A stretch of DNA of 64,000 bases from Candidatus Methanomethylicaceae archaeon (GTDB taxonomy: Archaea > Thermoproteota > Methanomethylicia > Methanomethylicales > Methanomethylicaceae): assembly GCA_015660995.1 (NCBI GenBank), contig JACTUC010000008.1, forward strand, positions 10,645 to 74,644, given 5' to 3'. Shown here piece by piece: positions 17,730 to 27,034 of the stretch. The first letter of the stretch is position 1. Every line of letters begins with the position of its first letter. The notes under the pieces are model-generated. The model saw only the letters and a program-made list of their open reading frames with translations. It searched no databases and was not told the origin of the DNA. The position numbers and the translations under genes were made by a program.

Positions 17730-18698
17730 ATGGCGAACCTAAACGTCGTTGTGCTCGGGGAGCTGGGTTACTCGGAGAACCTCGGAAAGAAAGGTACCTC
17801 CACCGACATCACCTTCTACAACCTGAAAAAAGGTGACGTTACGGTCACGTTCATAGAACCCTCGAAGTATCCCGAGCGGCTCGCACCGCTCTTCTACGCA
17901 GTTTCAACGGCACGAAAAGCGATCCTAGTCGTAAGCGACATCACCCCCGCTTTTGGCGAAATTGTGGTCATGCTACACTCTGCTGGTCTGGAAAGCGGGT
18001 TCATAGTTCTGAAAAACTTCTTACCAAAGGAACGTATGATCCCACTCATCAAAGGAACCGCTGTCGAGAAGTACGAGTTCATTGAAGATGATAAAAACGA
18101 CCTTAGGGAGAGACTCCTCGGTGAAGCAGAACGCCTGGGGTCGGAGGCACCTTCCCAAGCCCAGTCCCAGGGAACTGTTCTGATAGACCACTACTTCAAC
18201 GTGAAGGGAGTGGGCACAGTTGCCCTCGGGTGCGTGAGCAGCGGGACCATCCATGTGCACGAGAGCCTCAGCGTGCTTCCGGGGGAGAAGTCAGCTTTCA
18301 TTCGCTCAATACAGAAGCACGATGATGACTTCGACTGGGCAACTCAAGGCGACCGCGTTGGCTTGGCCATCAAAGATGTAGCAGTTGAAGACCTGGAGAG
18401 GGGCACAGTCCTGACAAGCGAGAGCTCCATCAAGTCCGCACTGATAGTGAATGGAGATGCTGAGCTTGTGAAATACTGGGCCAGTCCTTTGAAGATTGGC
18501 ATGGTCCTTCACCTGGGTCACTGGATGCAGTTCCTTCCCGCCCGCGTCGAGTCAATCCAGGATGCCGGGGACTGGCGGAGGGTCTCCCTCTCCCTTAAGC
18601 TCGAGAAGCCACTCGCATACTTGCCGGGCGACCACGCAGTGTTGGCATACCTCGAAGGAGGCAAACTAAGGGTAGCGGGCGCGGTAAAGTTGAACTGA
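17730..18698 (+). CDS. EF-Tu/aEF1A-like protein with degenerate G domain (pseudo-GTPase) and intact domain II beta-barrel
   Basis: VKGVGTVALGCVSSGTI is an EF-Tu domain II signature. The N-terminal VVVLGELGYSENLGKKGT aligns to the P-loop region but lacks GxxxxGK[ST] and the DxxG switch. Confidence 0.5.
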   Translation: MANLNVVVLGELGYSENLGKKGTSTDITFYNLKKGDVTVTFIEPSKYPERLAPLFYAVSTARKAILVVSDITPAFGEIVVMLHSAGLESGFIVLKNFLPKERMIPLIKGTAVEKYEFIEDDKNDLRERLLGEAERLGSEAPSQAQSQGTVLIDHYFNVKGVGTVALGCVSSGTIHVHESLSVLPGEKSAFIRSIQKHDDDFDWATQGDRVGLAIKDVAVEDLERGTVLTSESSIKSALIVNGDAELVKYWASPLKIGMVLHLGHWMQFLPARVESIQDAGDWRRVSLSLKLEKPLAYLPGDHAVLAYLEGGKLRVAGAVKLN

Positions 18699-18769
18699 GC
18701 TTAGAAGCGCCACACTAGCCACATCAAAGAGCCAACACTTTTTAGCACCCTTTCTCAATATTACCATCA

Positions 18770-19780
18770 GTGGTTCTAATGGATGCTCAAGAGTCTGCAA
18801 AGAATGCACTGAAGTACGTCCTCGACGCGATCCCGAACGAGCGGATCGCCATCATCTGTGACGAGGAGTGCCTTCCTGTGGGGGATGCCTTCGCCAAGGG
18901 CGCCATGGAGCTAGGCCTATGGGTCAAGTCCCTAGCGCTGAGCGGGGGAACGGATGTACGAAAAGACATTCCGAGAGAGATCTCCGATATCGTCGCCAGC
19001 CGATCCTCAGATCTTTACATTACAATCTTCAGGGATAGCGAGAAGGAGACCCCATTCCGTGTCAAGATCATCGACCTAATCCACCGCTACCGTAAGTATA
19101 GACTAGGGCACTGCCCCGGGATCACACTGGATATGCTTACTGAGGGCGCCTTGGCGCTGTCTTCCCAGGACCACTTGGAGCTGCAGGATACTGCCAGGAA
19201 CCTCATGTCCAAGCTCAGCGGCACTAAAGAAGTCCGCGTAATGAGCCCCCGTGGGACTGACATCTCCTTCAGCGTGGCGGGAAGGGACTTCTTCACCGAT
19301 ACCAAGTTCGACTGGAAGATGTACAAATGGGGGAACCTACCCACGGGCGAGGTAATAGTAGGTCCAGTGGAGAATTCGCTCAATGGAACACTCGTCTGCG
19401 ATCTAGCCGTAGGCGGGATCGGTCCCATCTCTTCGCCAATAACAATAACAGCCAAGGATGGAAGAGCTGTCAAGTTCGAGTCGTCGGACCAAAGCGTGCT
19501 TGGCAGGGTTGAGGGGGCGCTCTCGATCGACGAAATGGCGCGCCATGTTGGTGAGTTCGCCTTCGGCCTAAACAAGAAGGCAAGGCTGTCCGCAAACTTC
19601 TTGGAGGCAGAGAAAGTAGGCAATACAATTCACATAGCATTCGGGCACAACCTCGACTTCCCGGGAGGCATGAACAACTCCGCCACCCACATGGACTTCC
19701 TAGTCTCCAAGCCCACCGTCGAGGTCACCAATGAGATGGGCAGTCGCTTCATATTGATGAAGAACGGCAGCCTCATCTGA
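18770..19780 (+). CDS. Aminopeptidase, peptidase family M29 (AmpS/PepS-like)
   Basis: GNLPTGEV, HIAFG and THMDF motifs are characteristic of thermophilic M29 aminopeptidases. Confidence 0.7.
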   Translation: MVLMDAQESAKNALKYVLDAIPNERIAIICDEECLPVGDAFAKGAMELGLWVKSLALSGGTDVRKDIPREISDIVASRSSDLYITIFRDSEKETPFRVKIIDLIHRYRKYRLGHCPGITLDMLTEGALALSSQDHLELQDTARNLMSKLSGTKEVRVMSPRGTDISFSVAGRDFFTDTKFDWKMYKWGNLPTGEVIVGPVENSLNGTLVCDLAVGGIGPISSPITITAKDGRAVKFESSDQSVLGRVEGALSIDEMARHVGEFAFGLNKKARLSANFLEAEKVGNTIHIAFGHNLDFPGGMNNSATHMDFLVSKPTVEVTNEMGSRFILMKNGSLI

Positions 19781-19792
19781 GCATGGGCATGC

Positions 19793-20707
19793 CTAACCAG
19801 TGGGTGCCGTTCCTGACTCGACCAATTTTTTATTGAAGCGGTCCCACTGGGTGTCGACATCCTCCTGGAGAGCCTTGGTCTCCTCTTCGGAGAGCCTGCT
19901 GAACCTCCCCTGTGCTGTCAGATACTCTTTGAGAGGCTTCCTGCTGCTCTTCTTAGTCATCCCCTTCGAGAGCCCCGTCAGCGTATACTTGCCCTCAGAC
20001 CACTCGTAAAGGATCCACGCTCCGGTGCTGACTGCCAGTTTGCCTATCTCAACGGTCTTCTCCGCCGGGAACCTCCACCCGGGCGGGCAAGGCGACAGAA
20101 GGTGAATGTATTTCAGCCCTTTCATGCTAAGGGCTTTCCTTATCTTCTCGGCGAAGTCGAGGGGGTATGCAGCACAGGCAGTTGCGACATAGGGTATCTC
20201 ATGTGCAATCATTATCTCGGGGACGTTCTTCTTCTTCTCTTTCTTTCCAGTCACGGTGGTCGTGGTCACCGCTCCCCTTGGCGTTGCGCTGCTTCCTTGG
20301 GTCCCTGTGTTCATGTAAGCTTCGTTGTCGTAGCAGATGTAGATGAAGTTCTCATTCCGCTCTGCTGCGCCGCTAAGCGCCTGAATGCCGATGTCGGCTG
20401 TTCCTCCGTCGCCTGCCCATCCAAGAACGTTGATCCCCTCTCGCCCTTTGATCTCGAGTGCAGCAAGGATCCCGCTTGCTGAGGCTGCTGTCGCAGCGAA
20501 TGCGGTGTTTAGGAAAGGCACCCTCGCCGGGCTCTTTGGGTAATAGCCCTGGATTACGGAGCTGCAGCATGCAGGGATTGTTACAATGGTTCTCGGCCCA
20601 AGTACCTTGAGTGCTATCCTGAGAGAGGCCACCGATGCGCATCCGGGGCATGCAGCATTTCCTGGCAGCATGTATTCCTCAGCGGAAAGGTTCTTCAGTG
20701 TGATCAA
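19793..20707 (-). CDS. porB: Pyruvate:ferredoxin oxidoreductase beta subunit (TPP-binding)
   Basis: GDGGTADIG...YDNEAYMNTGTQ is the TPP-binding motif. Last gene of a porGDAB operon. Confidence 0.9.
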   Translation of the reverse strand: MITLKNLSAEEYMLPGNAACPGCASVASLRIALKVLGPRTIVTIPACCSSVIQGYYPKSPARVPFLNTAFAATAASASGILAALEIKGREGINVLGWAGDGGTADIGIQALSGAAERNENFIYICYDNEAYMNTGTQGSSATPRGAVTTTTVTGKKEKKKNVPEIMIAHEIPYVATACAAYPLDFAEKIRKALSMKGLKYIHLLSPCPPGWRFPAEKTVEIGKLAVSTGAWILYEWSEGKYTLTGLSKGMTKKSSRKPLKEYLTAQGRFSRLSEEETKALQEDVDTQWDRFNKKLVESGTAPTG

Positions 20708-21871
20708 TCAAGCCAACTCCTTTAATCCCCACCATACCTCCTTCGCATCTTCGCCACGTTCAGCCTTGGAGAGGGCGTCATCCATCATCCCCTCGAAGTC
20801 TCCTATGGTGATGTCCCTGCCGCCCAAGCCTGCCACGTACCTGTGAACCCCACCTTTGAGGCAGGACGAAAGCTCTCCCCCTATTATGCCGCCGAAACCA
20901 TATGAGTAATCCCTGTCGACGACAGCAATAGCCTTCACTCCCCCGATCCGCTCCCTCACTTCTCGGCCTGGGAACGGCCTGATTGCCTTCAGCCTAATCA
21001 CGCCGGCCCGGACCCCTCTGTCGCGCAGGTTGTCCGCGGCGTCCATGGCGTCTCCGCTCGATGCCCCAATTGCCACGAGGGCGACCTCCGCATCACTGCA
21101 CCTGTAGTCATCGAAGAGGCCAGTCTGTGGTCTGCCGGAGATCTTGGAGAATTCCTGCGCCACCTGCTCTATGACTGCAGGAGCCCTGTCAAACGCCTCC
21201 TTCGTAAGGTGCCTGAACTCCATCATCGCGTCCGGTCCTAGAAGATTACCAAAAGTAATTGGGTTATCCGGGTCCATGTAAACAGGCAGCTTTGCAGGAT
21301 CCAGTTTGGGCAGGAACCCGTCCACCACGCTCTGATCCAGCAGGTCCACGTTCTCTGCTGTGTGGGAGAGCGAGAATGCATCTAGGCCGTACATTACTGG
21401 TTGCAGGAGCCGCTCGTCCTCGGCTATCCTGAATGCCTGTATAGCCGTATCGTAAGCCTCTTGCGCGCTACTGCACATCATAATGACCCATCCTGCATCC
21501 CTCTGCGCCAGGAGATCAGTGTGCTCGTTCCAGATGCTCCATGGAGGGGCTAAGGTCCTGTTGACAACTGCCATCGTTACTGGGAACCTGCCCATTCCCG
21601 CCCAGAACACCAGCTCGCTCATATAGGCTAACCCGTGGGAAGACGTGGCTGTGAAGGCCCTTGCACCGCACGCCTCCGCGGCGATGCATGCAGCCATGGC
21701 GCTGTGCTCGGACTCCACTCTAATGTACTTCGCCCTCAAGTCTCCCTTCGCTATGAGCTCCGCCAGTTTCTCTATTATCTGGGTCTGTGGGGTGATGGGA
21801 TACGCTGCGACCACCTCAGCCCTTGCCACCTTTACCCCGTAGGATACTGCATAATTGCCCGTAAGAATCAC
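20708..21871 (-). CDS. porA: Pyruvate:ferredoxin oxidoreductase alpha subunit
   Basis: N-terminal MILTGNYAVSYGVKVARAEVVAAYPITPQT is typical of PorA/KorA. Confidence 0.9.
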   Translation of the reverse strand: MILTGNYAVSYGVKVARAEVVAAYPITPQTQIIEKLAELIAKGDLRAKYIRVESEHSAMAACIAAEACGARAFTATSSHGLAYMSELVFWAGMGRFPVTMAVVNRTLAPPWSIWNEHTDLLAQRDAGWVIMMCSSAQEAYDTAIQAFRIAEDERLLQPVMYGLDAFSLSHTAENVDLLDQSVVDGFLPKLDPAKLPVYMDPDNPITFGNLLGPDAMMEFRHLTKEAFDRAPAVIEQVAQEFSKISGRPQTGLFDDYRCSDAEVALVAIGASSGDAMDAADNLRDRGVRAGVIRLKAIRPFPGREVRERIGGVKAIAVVDRDYSYGFGGIIGGELSSCLKGGVHRYVAGLGGRDITIGDFEGMMDDALSKAERGEDAKEVWWGLKELA

Positions 21872-21875
21872 TTTT

Positions 21876-22130
21876 TCACGCCTCCCTCACTATCACTATT
21901 GCCTTCGCTGGGCAGACCTCTGCGCAGATGCCGCAACCCTTGCAAAAGTCGTAGCTTATGGAGAGCTTGCCATCTTCATGCCTCTTCATCGCTCCCTCAG
22001 GGCAGTACAGCCAGCAGAGGAGGCAGTTCGTGCACTTGGTCTGATCAACGACAGGCCTCTTAATCCTCCACATGCCTGTTAGACCGCTTGCGCCCTCCGA
22101 AGGCTTGGAGATGGCTGCCTTCTTTGACAT
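21876..22130 (-). CDS. porD: Pyruvate:ferredoxin oxidoreductase delta subunit (2x[4Fe-4S] ferredoxin)
   Basis: CTNCLLCWLYCP and CKGCGICAEVCP cluster motifs. I trimmed the start to MSKKAA, whose ATG overlaps the porG stop by 1 nt (TGATG). The longer ORF-track version is probably too long. Confidence 0.85.
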   Translation of the reverse strand: MSKKAAISKPSEGASGLTGMWRIKRPVVDQTKCTNCLLCWLYCPEGAMKRHEDGKLSISYDFCKGCGICAEVCPAKAIVIVREA

Positions 22131-22669
22131 CAAACGACCTCCCCAAAGGCCTGAAGGGCCGCGCGGATGTTCCTGTCCCCAAGGTCCCCGCTCCACCTCA
22201 TCCTCACAACCTTCTCAAGAGCTCCCTTGGAGATTGTGCCCAGGACCTTGGCTATCGCCCCCAGCATTGCCGTGTTTACCACCGCCCAGCCCGCTACTAC
22301 AAGCCCGTTTTCCATGGCAATCCTAGTGGCGTCAACAATATGGACCTTGTATTTCTTGATATCCGGTTGCGTCCTATGGTTTACGACTATTTCGCCGCTA
22401 TCTTTGAGCCCTGCCGTGACCTCTCCCCTGAGCAAGAAGAGCGGATCGAAGACCGCGACTATGTCTGGGTTGTAGATCTGGCTGTGCCTTCTGATGGGCT
22501 GGTCCGAGATCCTTGCAGACGCCGTGACTGGTGCTCCCCTCCTCTCCGCCCCAAAAATAGGTATTGACTGCCCGTAATAGCCGTCGATGGTAGCAGCCTC
22601 GACAAGCATCTCGGAGGCAGTGACTATTCCCTGTCCGCCCCTACCGTGCAGCCTTAGTTCCACAAACAT
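22130..22669 (-). CDS. porG: Pyruvate:ferredoxin oxidoreductase gamma subunit
   Basis: MFVELRLHGRGGQGIVTASEML is the PorG N-terminus. First gene of the operon. Confidence 0.85.
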   Translation of the reverse strand: MFVELRLHGRGGQGIVTASEMLVEAATIDGYYGQSIPIFGAERRGAPVTASARISDQPIRRHSQIYNPDIVAVFDPLFLLRGEVTAGLKDSGEIVVNHRTQPDIKKYKVHIVDATRIAMENGLVVAGWAVVNTAMLGAIAKVLGTISKGALEKVVRMRWSGDLGDRNIRAALQAFGEVV

Positions 22670-22858
22670 GCGGGACCGCCTGATCTTTACATATGTAAAG
22701 GGTTAATAAAAAAGTATTTAGTTCGATTCACCAGCTGCAGCGCGCTGACAGGGTGTAACCTAAGATTGATCGGTTGACCGAGCTAAAACTTAAATAAGCA
22801 TCCACAGAGTTCTATTTTTGCTCCCGTTTCAGGGAGCGAGGGCCTAGGTGGCCCGGGT

Positions 22859-22884
22859 TAGGAAACTCCGATGGTTTCCCCCGA
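22859..22884 (+). other. Putative non-canonical tRNA-His intron in the 8/9 region
   Basis: TAGGAAACTCCGATGGTTTCCCCCGA. Contains the strong hairpin GGAAAC-TCCGATG-GTTTCC. Required to bring acceptor 5' strand and D-arm together. Confidence 0.4.
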
Positions 22885-22913
22885 AGGGTAGCGGTCATCC
22901 CGGGGGCCTGTGG

Positions 22914-22930
22914 CGCTCAACAGCGCAGAA
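22914..22930 (+). other. Putative tRNA-His anticodon-loop intron (37/38)
   Basis: CGCTCAACAGCGCAGAA. Same 17-nt length as the tRNA-Glu intron. Contains hairpin GCGCT-CAACA-GCGC. Confidence 0.5.
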
Positions 22931-22989
22931 AGCCCCAGTTCGCGGGTTCGATCCCCGCCCCGGGCCCTCCAAGTATCTTCTCAGCAAGT

Positions 22990-24096
22990 TTAGATCTTGA
23001 CAAGGTTGTAGGACATGCTTCCCACGCCCAGCCTGACTGCTTCCTTCATTTGTATCAGGCTGTCGGTTCCGTTGATCTTGCCCAGCACATCCGGGGGTTT
23101 GACGTCCCAACCAGGCATCAAGGATGCTTGGTCGACCAGGTCCAGCGATGCCCTGTCTATCGCAACCGGGTCGCCCGAGATGAGAAGCCCCACGTTTTGA
23201 GTGACGAGCCTGCCTGCAGGTGCTGCGCAGTCGCAAAGAGGGGTAACGTCGAGGATGGAATTGAGGAATACCACATCCTTTCCGCTGAACGCCTTCATGA
23301 CTCCTGCGGAAGCGTGGGCGAGCGCCTTCTGAAACAGCTCCTTGCCGTTATCGTACAATCGGATCGCGTCGTTCTCGCATTCAAACCGGCAGTTTTGGCA
23401 GTACGTGCACCTCCCCTCTTCCTTCACAGGTTTGTCCCCCTGCATCTCAAGTGCATTGAACTTGCAGCTTTCAATGCATTTTCCGCAGCCGCTGCACTTT
23501 CCATAATCCCAAACAAGGCCATGAGCAGCATGCTGCTCCCTCTTCGAGTGCCTCGTTGTGCAACCCATGCCAAGGTTCTTTATGGCGCCCCCCATTCCCG
23601 ACAGAAGATGCCCCTTTACGTGGCTGATAACGATCATGCTGTCTGCCTCGATGAGGTGCCTCGCCACGTTGACAGACTTGACTCTGCAGTCCTCGGCAGC
23701 ATTGTCCACGAAAAACTCTACGCCGTTGTCGCCATCGGGCTCGTCCGCGATGACTATGGGGCAACCCAGACCCTCCTCCGTAAAACCGTTGTACCTTGCA
23801 GTCTCTAGGCTATCCTCGACCGTGAGCCTGTAACCGGTGGGATACAGGGTCGTCGTCTCAGCGATAAACGGCATCCCTCCCTCCAGCTTCACGAAATCCA
23901 CCACTCTCCTGACAAAGGAAGGCCTGATGTGGGTATAGTTGCCTCTCTCACCGAAATGTATCTTTATCGCGACTCTGCGGCCCATCAAATTCCTCCCGCC
24001 AAATGAGCTCTTCATCAGCCCATCTATTCCTTCCAGCGGATCGCCAAATTTGCCCAATTCGAAGAAACGAACATCCGGGTTCATAATCAGCACCAT
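22990..24096 (-). CDS. DUF362-domain protein with 2x[4Fe-4S] ferredoxin insert
   Basis: CSGCGKCIESCK and CTYCQNCRFECEN cluster motifs. The flanking regions match the DUF362 architecture. Confidence 0.6.
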   Translation of the reverse strand: MVLIMNPDVRFFELGKFGDPLEGIDGLMKSSFGGRNLMGRRVAIKIHFGERGNYTHIRPSFVRRVVDFVKLEGGMPFIAETTTLYPTGYRLTVEDSLETARYNGFTEEGLGCPIVIADEPDGDNGVEFFVDNAAEDCRVKSVNVARHLIEADSMIVISHVKGHLLSGMGGAIKNLGMGCTTRHSKREQHAAHGLVWDYGKCSGCGKCIESCKFNALEMQGDKPVKEEGRCTYCQNCRFECENDAIRLYDNGKELFQKALAHASAGVMKAFSGKDVVFLNSILDVTPLCDCAAPAGRLVTQNVGLLISGDPVAIDRASLDLVDQASLMPGWDVKPPDVLGKINGTDSLIQMKEAVRLGVGSMSYNLVKI

Positions 24097-24237
24097 GCGC
24101 TAAAGTGGCACGAATCGATCAAACAAAGAATAACGGGGCTTAATATCTGTCGCCCATAGTGCAATGCATTAATGACAAATGAGGGTAATTCGATTCACCC
24201 TAGATAGTGATTTAGAGGTCCGCGCAGAAATCTAAAT

Positions 24238-24741
24238 ATGATGGCAATGCCGTTAGTGCTGGTCACCGTGGTCTTCGGCAAAGAGGAGGCAGCCAAGCTT
24301 GAAGTGCTCGACTGCATATATGCGTTAGACCCGAATGCCCATTTCCTGGAGCACAAATATGGCGGGCTTTTAATACTGGAAACTGAAATTGCTTCGGATG
24401 CTGCTGCAGAGGCGATAGAAAGGTACCCTACAAGCCAAGTCTTCAAAGTGATGCCCGTGGACTCCGCCGTGAAAGCCGAAGTTGGCGCAATAGTCTGCGA
24501 GGTCCTTAGGCTGGTTCCCCAATCACAGAGCAGTGTCTCCGTCGTCTGCCAAAGGCGGGGGAGAGCGATCGCCTCAAGCCACGATCTGGAAGTGGAGGTC
24601 GGATCTGAGCTCAAGTCAAGAGGACATATAATTGACCTTGAGAACCCGCAGCTGGTCGTGCGCATAGATATTATAGGCGAACGCGCAACTATCTCGGTGA
24701 GGCCACCCGCCAGTTACTTCATCAAAAGGAGGGGAAATTGA
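24238..24741 (+). CDS. THUMP-domain protein
   Basis: Archaeal THUMP-only protein of about 165 aa (GERATISVRP, ELKSRGHI). Stop overlaps the next gene by 4 nt. Confidence 0.5.
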   Translation: MMAMPLVLVTVVFGKEEAAKLEVLDCIYALDPNAHFLEHKYGGLLILETEIASDAAAEAIERYPTSQVFKVMPVDSAVKAEVGAIVCEVLRLVPQSQSSVSVVCQRRGRAIASSHDLEVEVGSELKSRGHIIDLENPQLVVRIDIIGERATISVRPPASYFIKRRGN

Positions 24742-25745
24742 GATTGGGCAAGCTTAAGGTCGGCAAGATCCCCAACGAAATCCTTGAGAAGATCGTGTTC
24801 AGCAAGCTGGGCGCAGAGGACCCCTCGGTAATTCTTGGGCCCAACGTAGGAGAGGATGCTGCTCTGCTTCCCGTGAGATCTGGTGTGATCGCTTTCAAGT
24901 CGGACCCCATCACAGGGTCCGTTGACGAAGTTGGGTGGCTGGCGGTCTATGTGAATGCCAATGATATTGCCACAAAGGGGGCGATTCCCAAGTGGTTCCA
25001 GCAGTGCATACTGCTCCCGGAAGGTTCCACGACTGAAGACCTCGAGGCAATATGCGAACAGATCGACAGCGCTGCCCAGGAACTCGGTGTATCCATAGTT
25101 GGCGGCCACACTGAGGTGACGCGTGGCATAAGCCGCCCTCTCGTGATAGGATCCATGATTGGGGTAATTCAGGACGAGCGGTTCCTCACGTCGGGTGGCG
25201 CCCGCCCTGGAGACCTGCTGTATATGACAAAGAGCGTTGGCATCGAGGGTACAGCGATACTCTCCTCTGATCGAAAAATAACCTCGAAATTCAGCAAAGG
25301 CTTCACCTCAAGGTGCAAGAAGCTCATCAAGCTGATCAACGTCGTTCCAGAATGCTCGAAGCTCAGTCGCCTCGAGGGGGTGACGTCGATCCACGATCTC
25401 ACCGAAGGGGGCCTCCTAGGGGGAGCTTGGGAGCTTGCGGAGGCTGCTGGGTCGGGAATATCTCTTGACCTGCACCCCGTGCCGGTCATGAAGGAGACTG
25501 CAGATCTATGCCGCGAGCTGGATCTCGACCCATATCGCCTAATCAGCTCTGGGTCTGTAATCTTCACAGTACGAAAGGGCTCGGAGCGAAGGGTTGAAGA
25601 AGCCCTTACCCAAGCCGGAATCAAGCACACTAGGATAGGCAAGGTGCTCCGTCCAGCCAGCGGGAGATTCTACCTGGACCTCTCTGGTTCGAAACGCCCA
25701 CTGATCCCCCCTTCGGCGGACGAGCTCTGGCGGGGCCTGGCATAA
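24738..25745 (+). CDS. AIR-synthase-related (PurM-like) protein, ThiL/HypE-like
   Basis: VDEVGWLAVYVNANDIATKGAIP and SIVGGHTE are PurM-superfamily motifs. About 335 aa. Confidence 0.6.
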   Translation: MRLGKLKVGKIPNEILEKIVFSKLGAEDPSVILGPNVGEDAALLPVRSGVIAFKSDPITGSVDEVGWLAVYVNANDIATKGAIPKWFQQCILLPEGSTTEDLEAICEQIDSAAQELGVSIVGGHTEVTRGISRPLVIGSMIGVIQDERFLTSGGARPGDLLYMTKSVGIEGTAILSSDRKITSKFSKGFTSRCKKLIKLINVVPECSKLSRLEGVTSIHDLTEGGLLGGAWELAEAAGSGISLDLHPVPVMKETADLCRELDLDPYRLISSGSVIFTVRKGSERRVEEALTQAGIKHTRIGKVLRPASGRFYLDLSGSKRPLIPPSADELWRGLA

Positions 25746-25809
25746 TACTTTCGGCAATGTCTCCGCAAAATGTCTTTTCTAAAGTACAAAAGCCATAAAT
25801 CCCACCGTC

Positions 25810-27030
25810 ATGCAACCTATGGATGGGTATCCTTCGTTGGCGTACGACATAATCGCTCATGAGATGGACAGGCCAACACTCTTTAAGGACGAGTCGAAAC
25901 TCTTCCCGGACCATGTGCCCACGAACCTTGTCCACAGGGAACCCGAACTGAAAGCATTGAGCAGGGTATTCAAGGTGCTGCTGGAGTCCCCGGGCTCCGT
26001 AGCTCAGAAGGTAACGCTCGTGGGCGACGTCGGCGTTGGAAAGACTGCTGTTGCGAAGAGGTTTGGATCCAGCATCGAGTCGCTGGTAAAGGGCAAGGGG
26101 ATCAACCTCCGTTACGTCCACGTCAACTGCTACAAGGACCGCACACTCTTCCTGGTCATAAAGAAGGTTGCACAGCAGATACTCCCGAGCATACCCGACC
26201 GCGGATTCTCGGCCCAGGAGCTCTTCGAGACGCTCTGGAAGATCCTCGAAGACGAGAACATCTACCTGCTACTCGCGCTGGACGAGGCTGACTTCCTTAT
26301 CTCAGCCTCTGGCGAGAAGGACGCGCCCCTCTACTTCCTCTCCCGGGTTGCCGATGAATACCTGAATCGTCCCCAGAGGCTCAGCCTCATCTTGATTACG
26401 AGAAATCTCGAATTCCTCTCGGGTCTGGACAAGAGCGTTCAGAGCAGCCTCCTTCACAACGTGGTGCGCTTCGAGAAGTACACCTCCGAGCAGCTCTTTG
26501 ACATAATCCACGCCAGGGGCATGGATGCTCTCAAGGAGAGCGCCCTTAGCGAGGAGGTACTGGCCATGATCTCGGACATATCCGCGCCACGCGGCGACGC
26601 CAGGTATGCGCTTGAGCTGCTCTGGCGCGCGGGCAAGTACGCCGATGCCGAGGCTGCGGAGAGGATACTTCCCGAGCATGTGAGGAAGGCGCAGCTGGAC
26701 GTCTCACAGTTCCCCATGCACACGGTGCAGGAGCTGCCCCTGCACGAGAGGCTCTTCCTGCTCTCGGTGGCGAAGGTGCTGAAGAGAAACAAATCTGCCT
26801 ATGTAACCATGGGCGAGGTGGAGTCGACCTACCGCGTTCTCTGCGAGAGCAACAGCATAGAGCCTAGGAAGCACACTCAATTCTGGGAGTACCTGCAGAA
26901 CCTGAAGAACCTCGGTATACTATACACCAAGATCTCGGGCGCAGGCTTCAGGGGGAAGACAACGCTGATAGGGCTGCTCAACCTCTCCGTAGAGGCTGTG
27001 GAGCGGGGTCTGAAGGATCTGGAGGGATGA
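25810..27030 (+). CDS. cdc6: Orc1/Cdc6 replication initiator
   Basis: AAA+ Walker A VGDVGVGKTAV, Walker B LLLALDEAD, sensor regions and a C-terminal winged helix. Confidence 0.9.
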   Translation: MQPMDGYPSLAYDIIAHEMDRPTLFKDESKLFPDHVPTNLVHREPELKALSRVFKVLLESPGSVAQKVTLVGDVGVGKTAVAKRFGSSIESLVKGKGINLRYVHVNCYKDRTLFLVIKKVAQQILPSIPDRGFSAQELFETLWKILEDENIYLLLALDEADFLISASGEKDAPLYFLSRVADEYLNRPQRLSLILITRNLEFLSGLDKSVQSSLLHNVVRFEKYTSEQLFDIIHARGMDALKESALSEEVLAMISDISAPRGDARYALELLWRAGKYADAEAAERILPEHVRKAQLDVSQFPMHTVQELPLHERLFLLSVAKVLKRNKSAYVTMGEVESTYRVLCESNSIEPRKHTQFWEYLQNLKNLGILYTKISGAGFRGKTTLIGLLNLSVEAVERGLKDLEG

Positions 27031-27034
27031 AAAG

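Larger units (their letters stand above)
22850..22966 (+). tRNA. Probable tRNA-His (anticodon GUG) with encoded G-1 and two putative introns (near position 8/9 and at 37/38); CCA not encoded
   Basis: The 3' half is canonical: anticodon stem GGGGC/GCCCC around loop CTGTGG + A38 after removing 22914-22930, variable loop AGTTC, T-arm GCGGG-TTCGATC-CCCGC, acceptor CCCGGGC and C73. The D-arm GGGT-AGCGGTCA-TCCC sits at 22886-22901. The complementary 5' strand GCCCGGG (22851-22857), preceded by G-1 at 22850, is 26 nt further upstream than expected. Confidence 0.5.

Noticed and set aside
22670-22990. Possibility that the 320-nt intergenic region encodes RNase P RNA or SRP RNA rather than a tRNA
   Set aside because: AGGAAACTCCG superficially resembles the RNase P P4 strand AGGAAAGUCCG. 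However, no matching P4 3' strand (ACAGAANCCGGCUUA-like) is present. The 3' two-thirds fold as a perfect tRNA with a His-specific G-1:C73.
22895-23236. ORF-track entries overlapping real genes in other frames (e.g. 22895-23236, 23050-23808, 36467-36852, 38030-38339, 60661-61077, 17396-17584, 49032-49253)
   Set aside because: High GC inflates spurious open frames. Each overlaps a gene with clear family motifs or a tRNA, and has odd Arg/Pro-rich composition.
24097-25809. Replication origin (ORB repeats) next to cdc6
   Set aside because: The intergenic regions are short (141 and 64 bp). They contain only a weak palindrome (GAGGGTaattcgattcACCCT) with no recognisable ORB/mini-ORB consensus. I did not call it without a computed skew.
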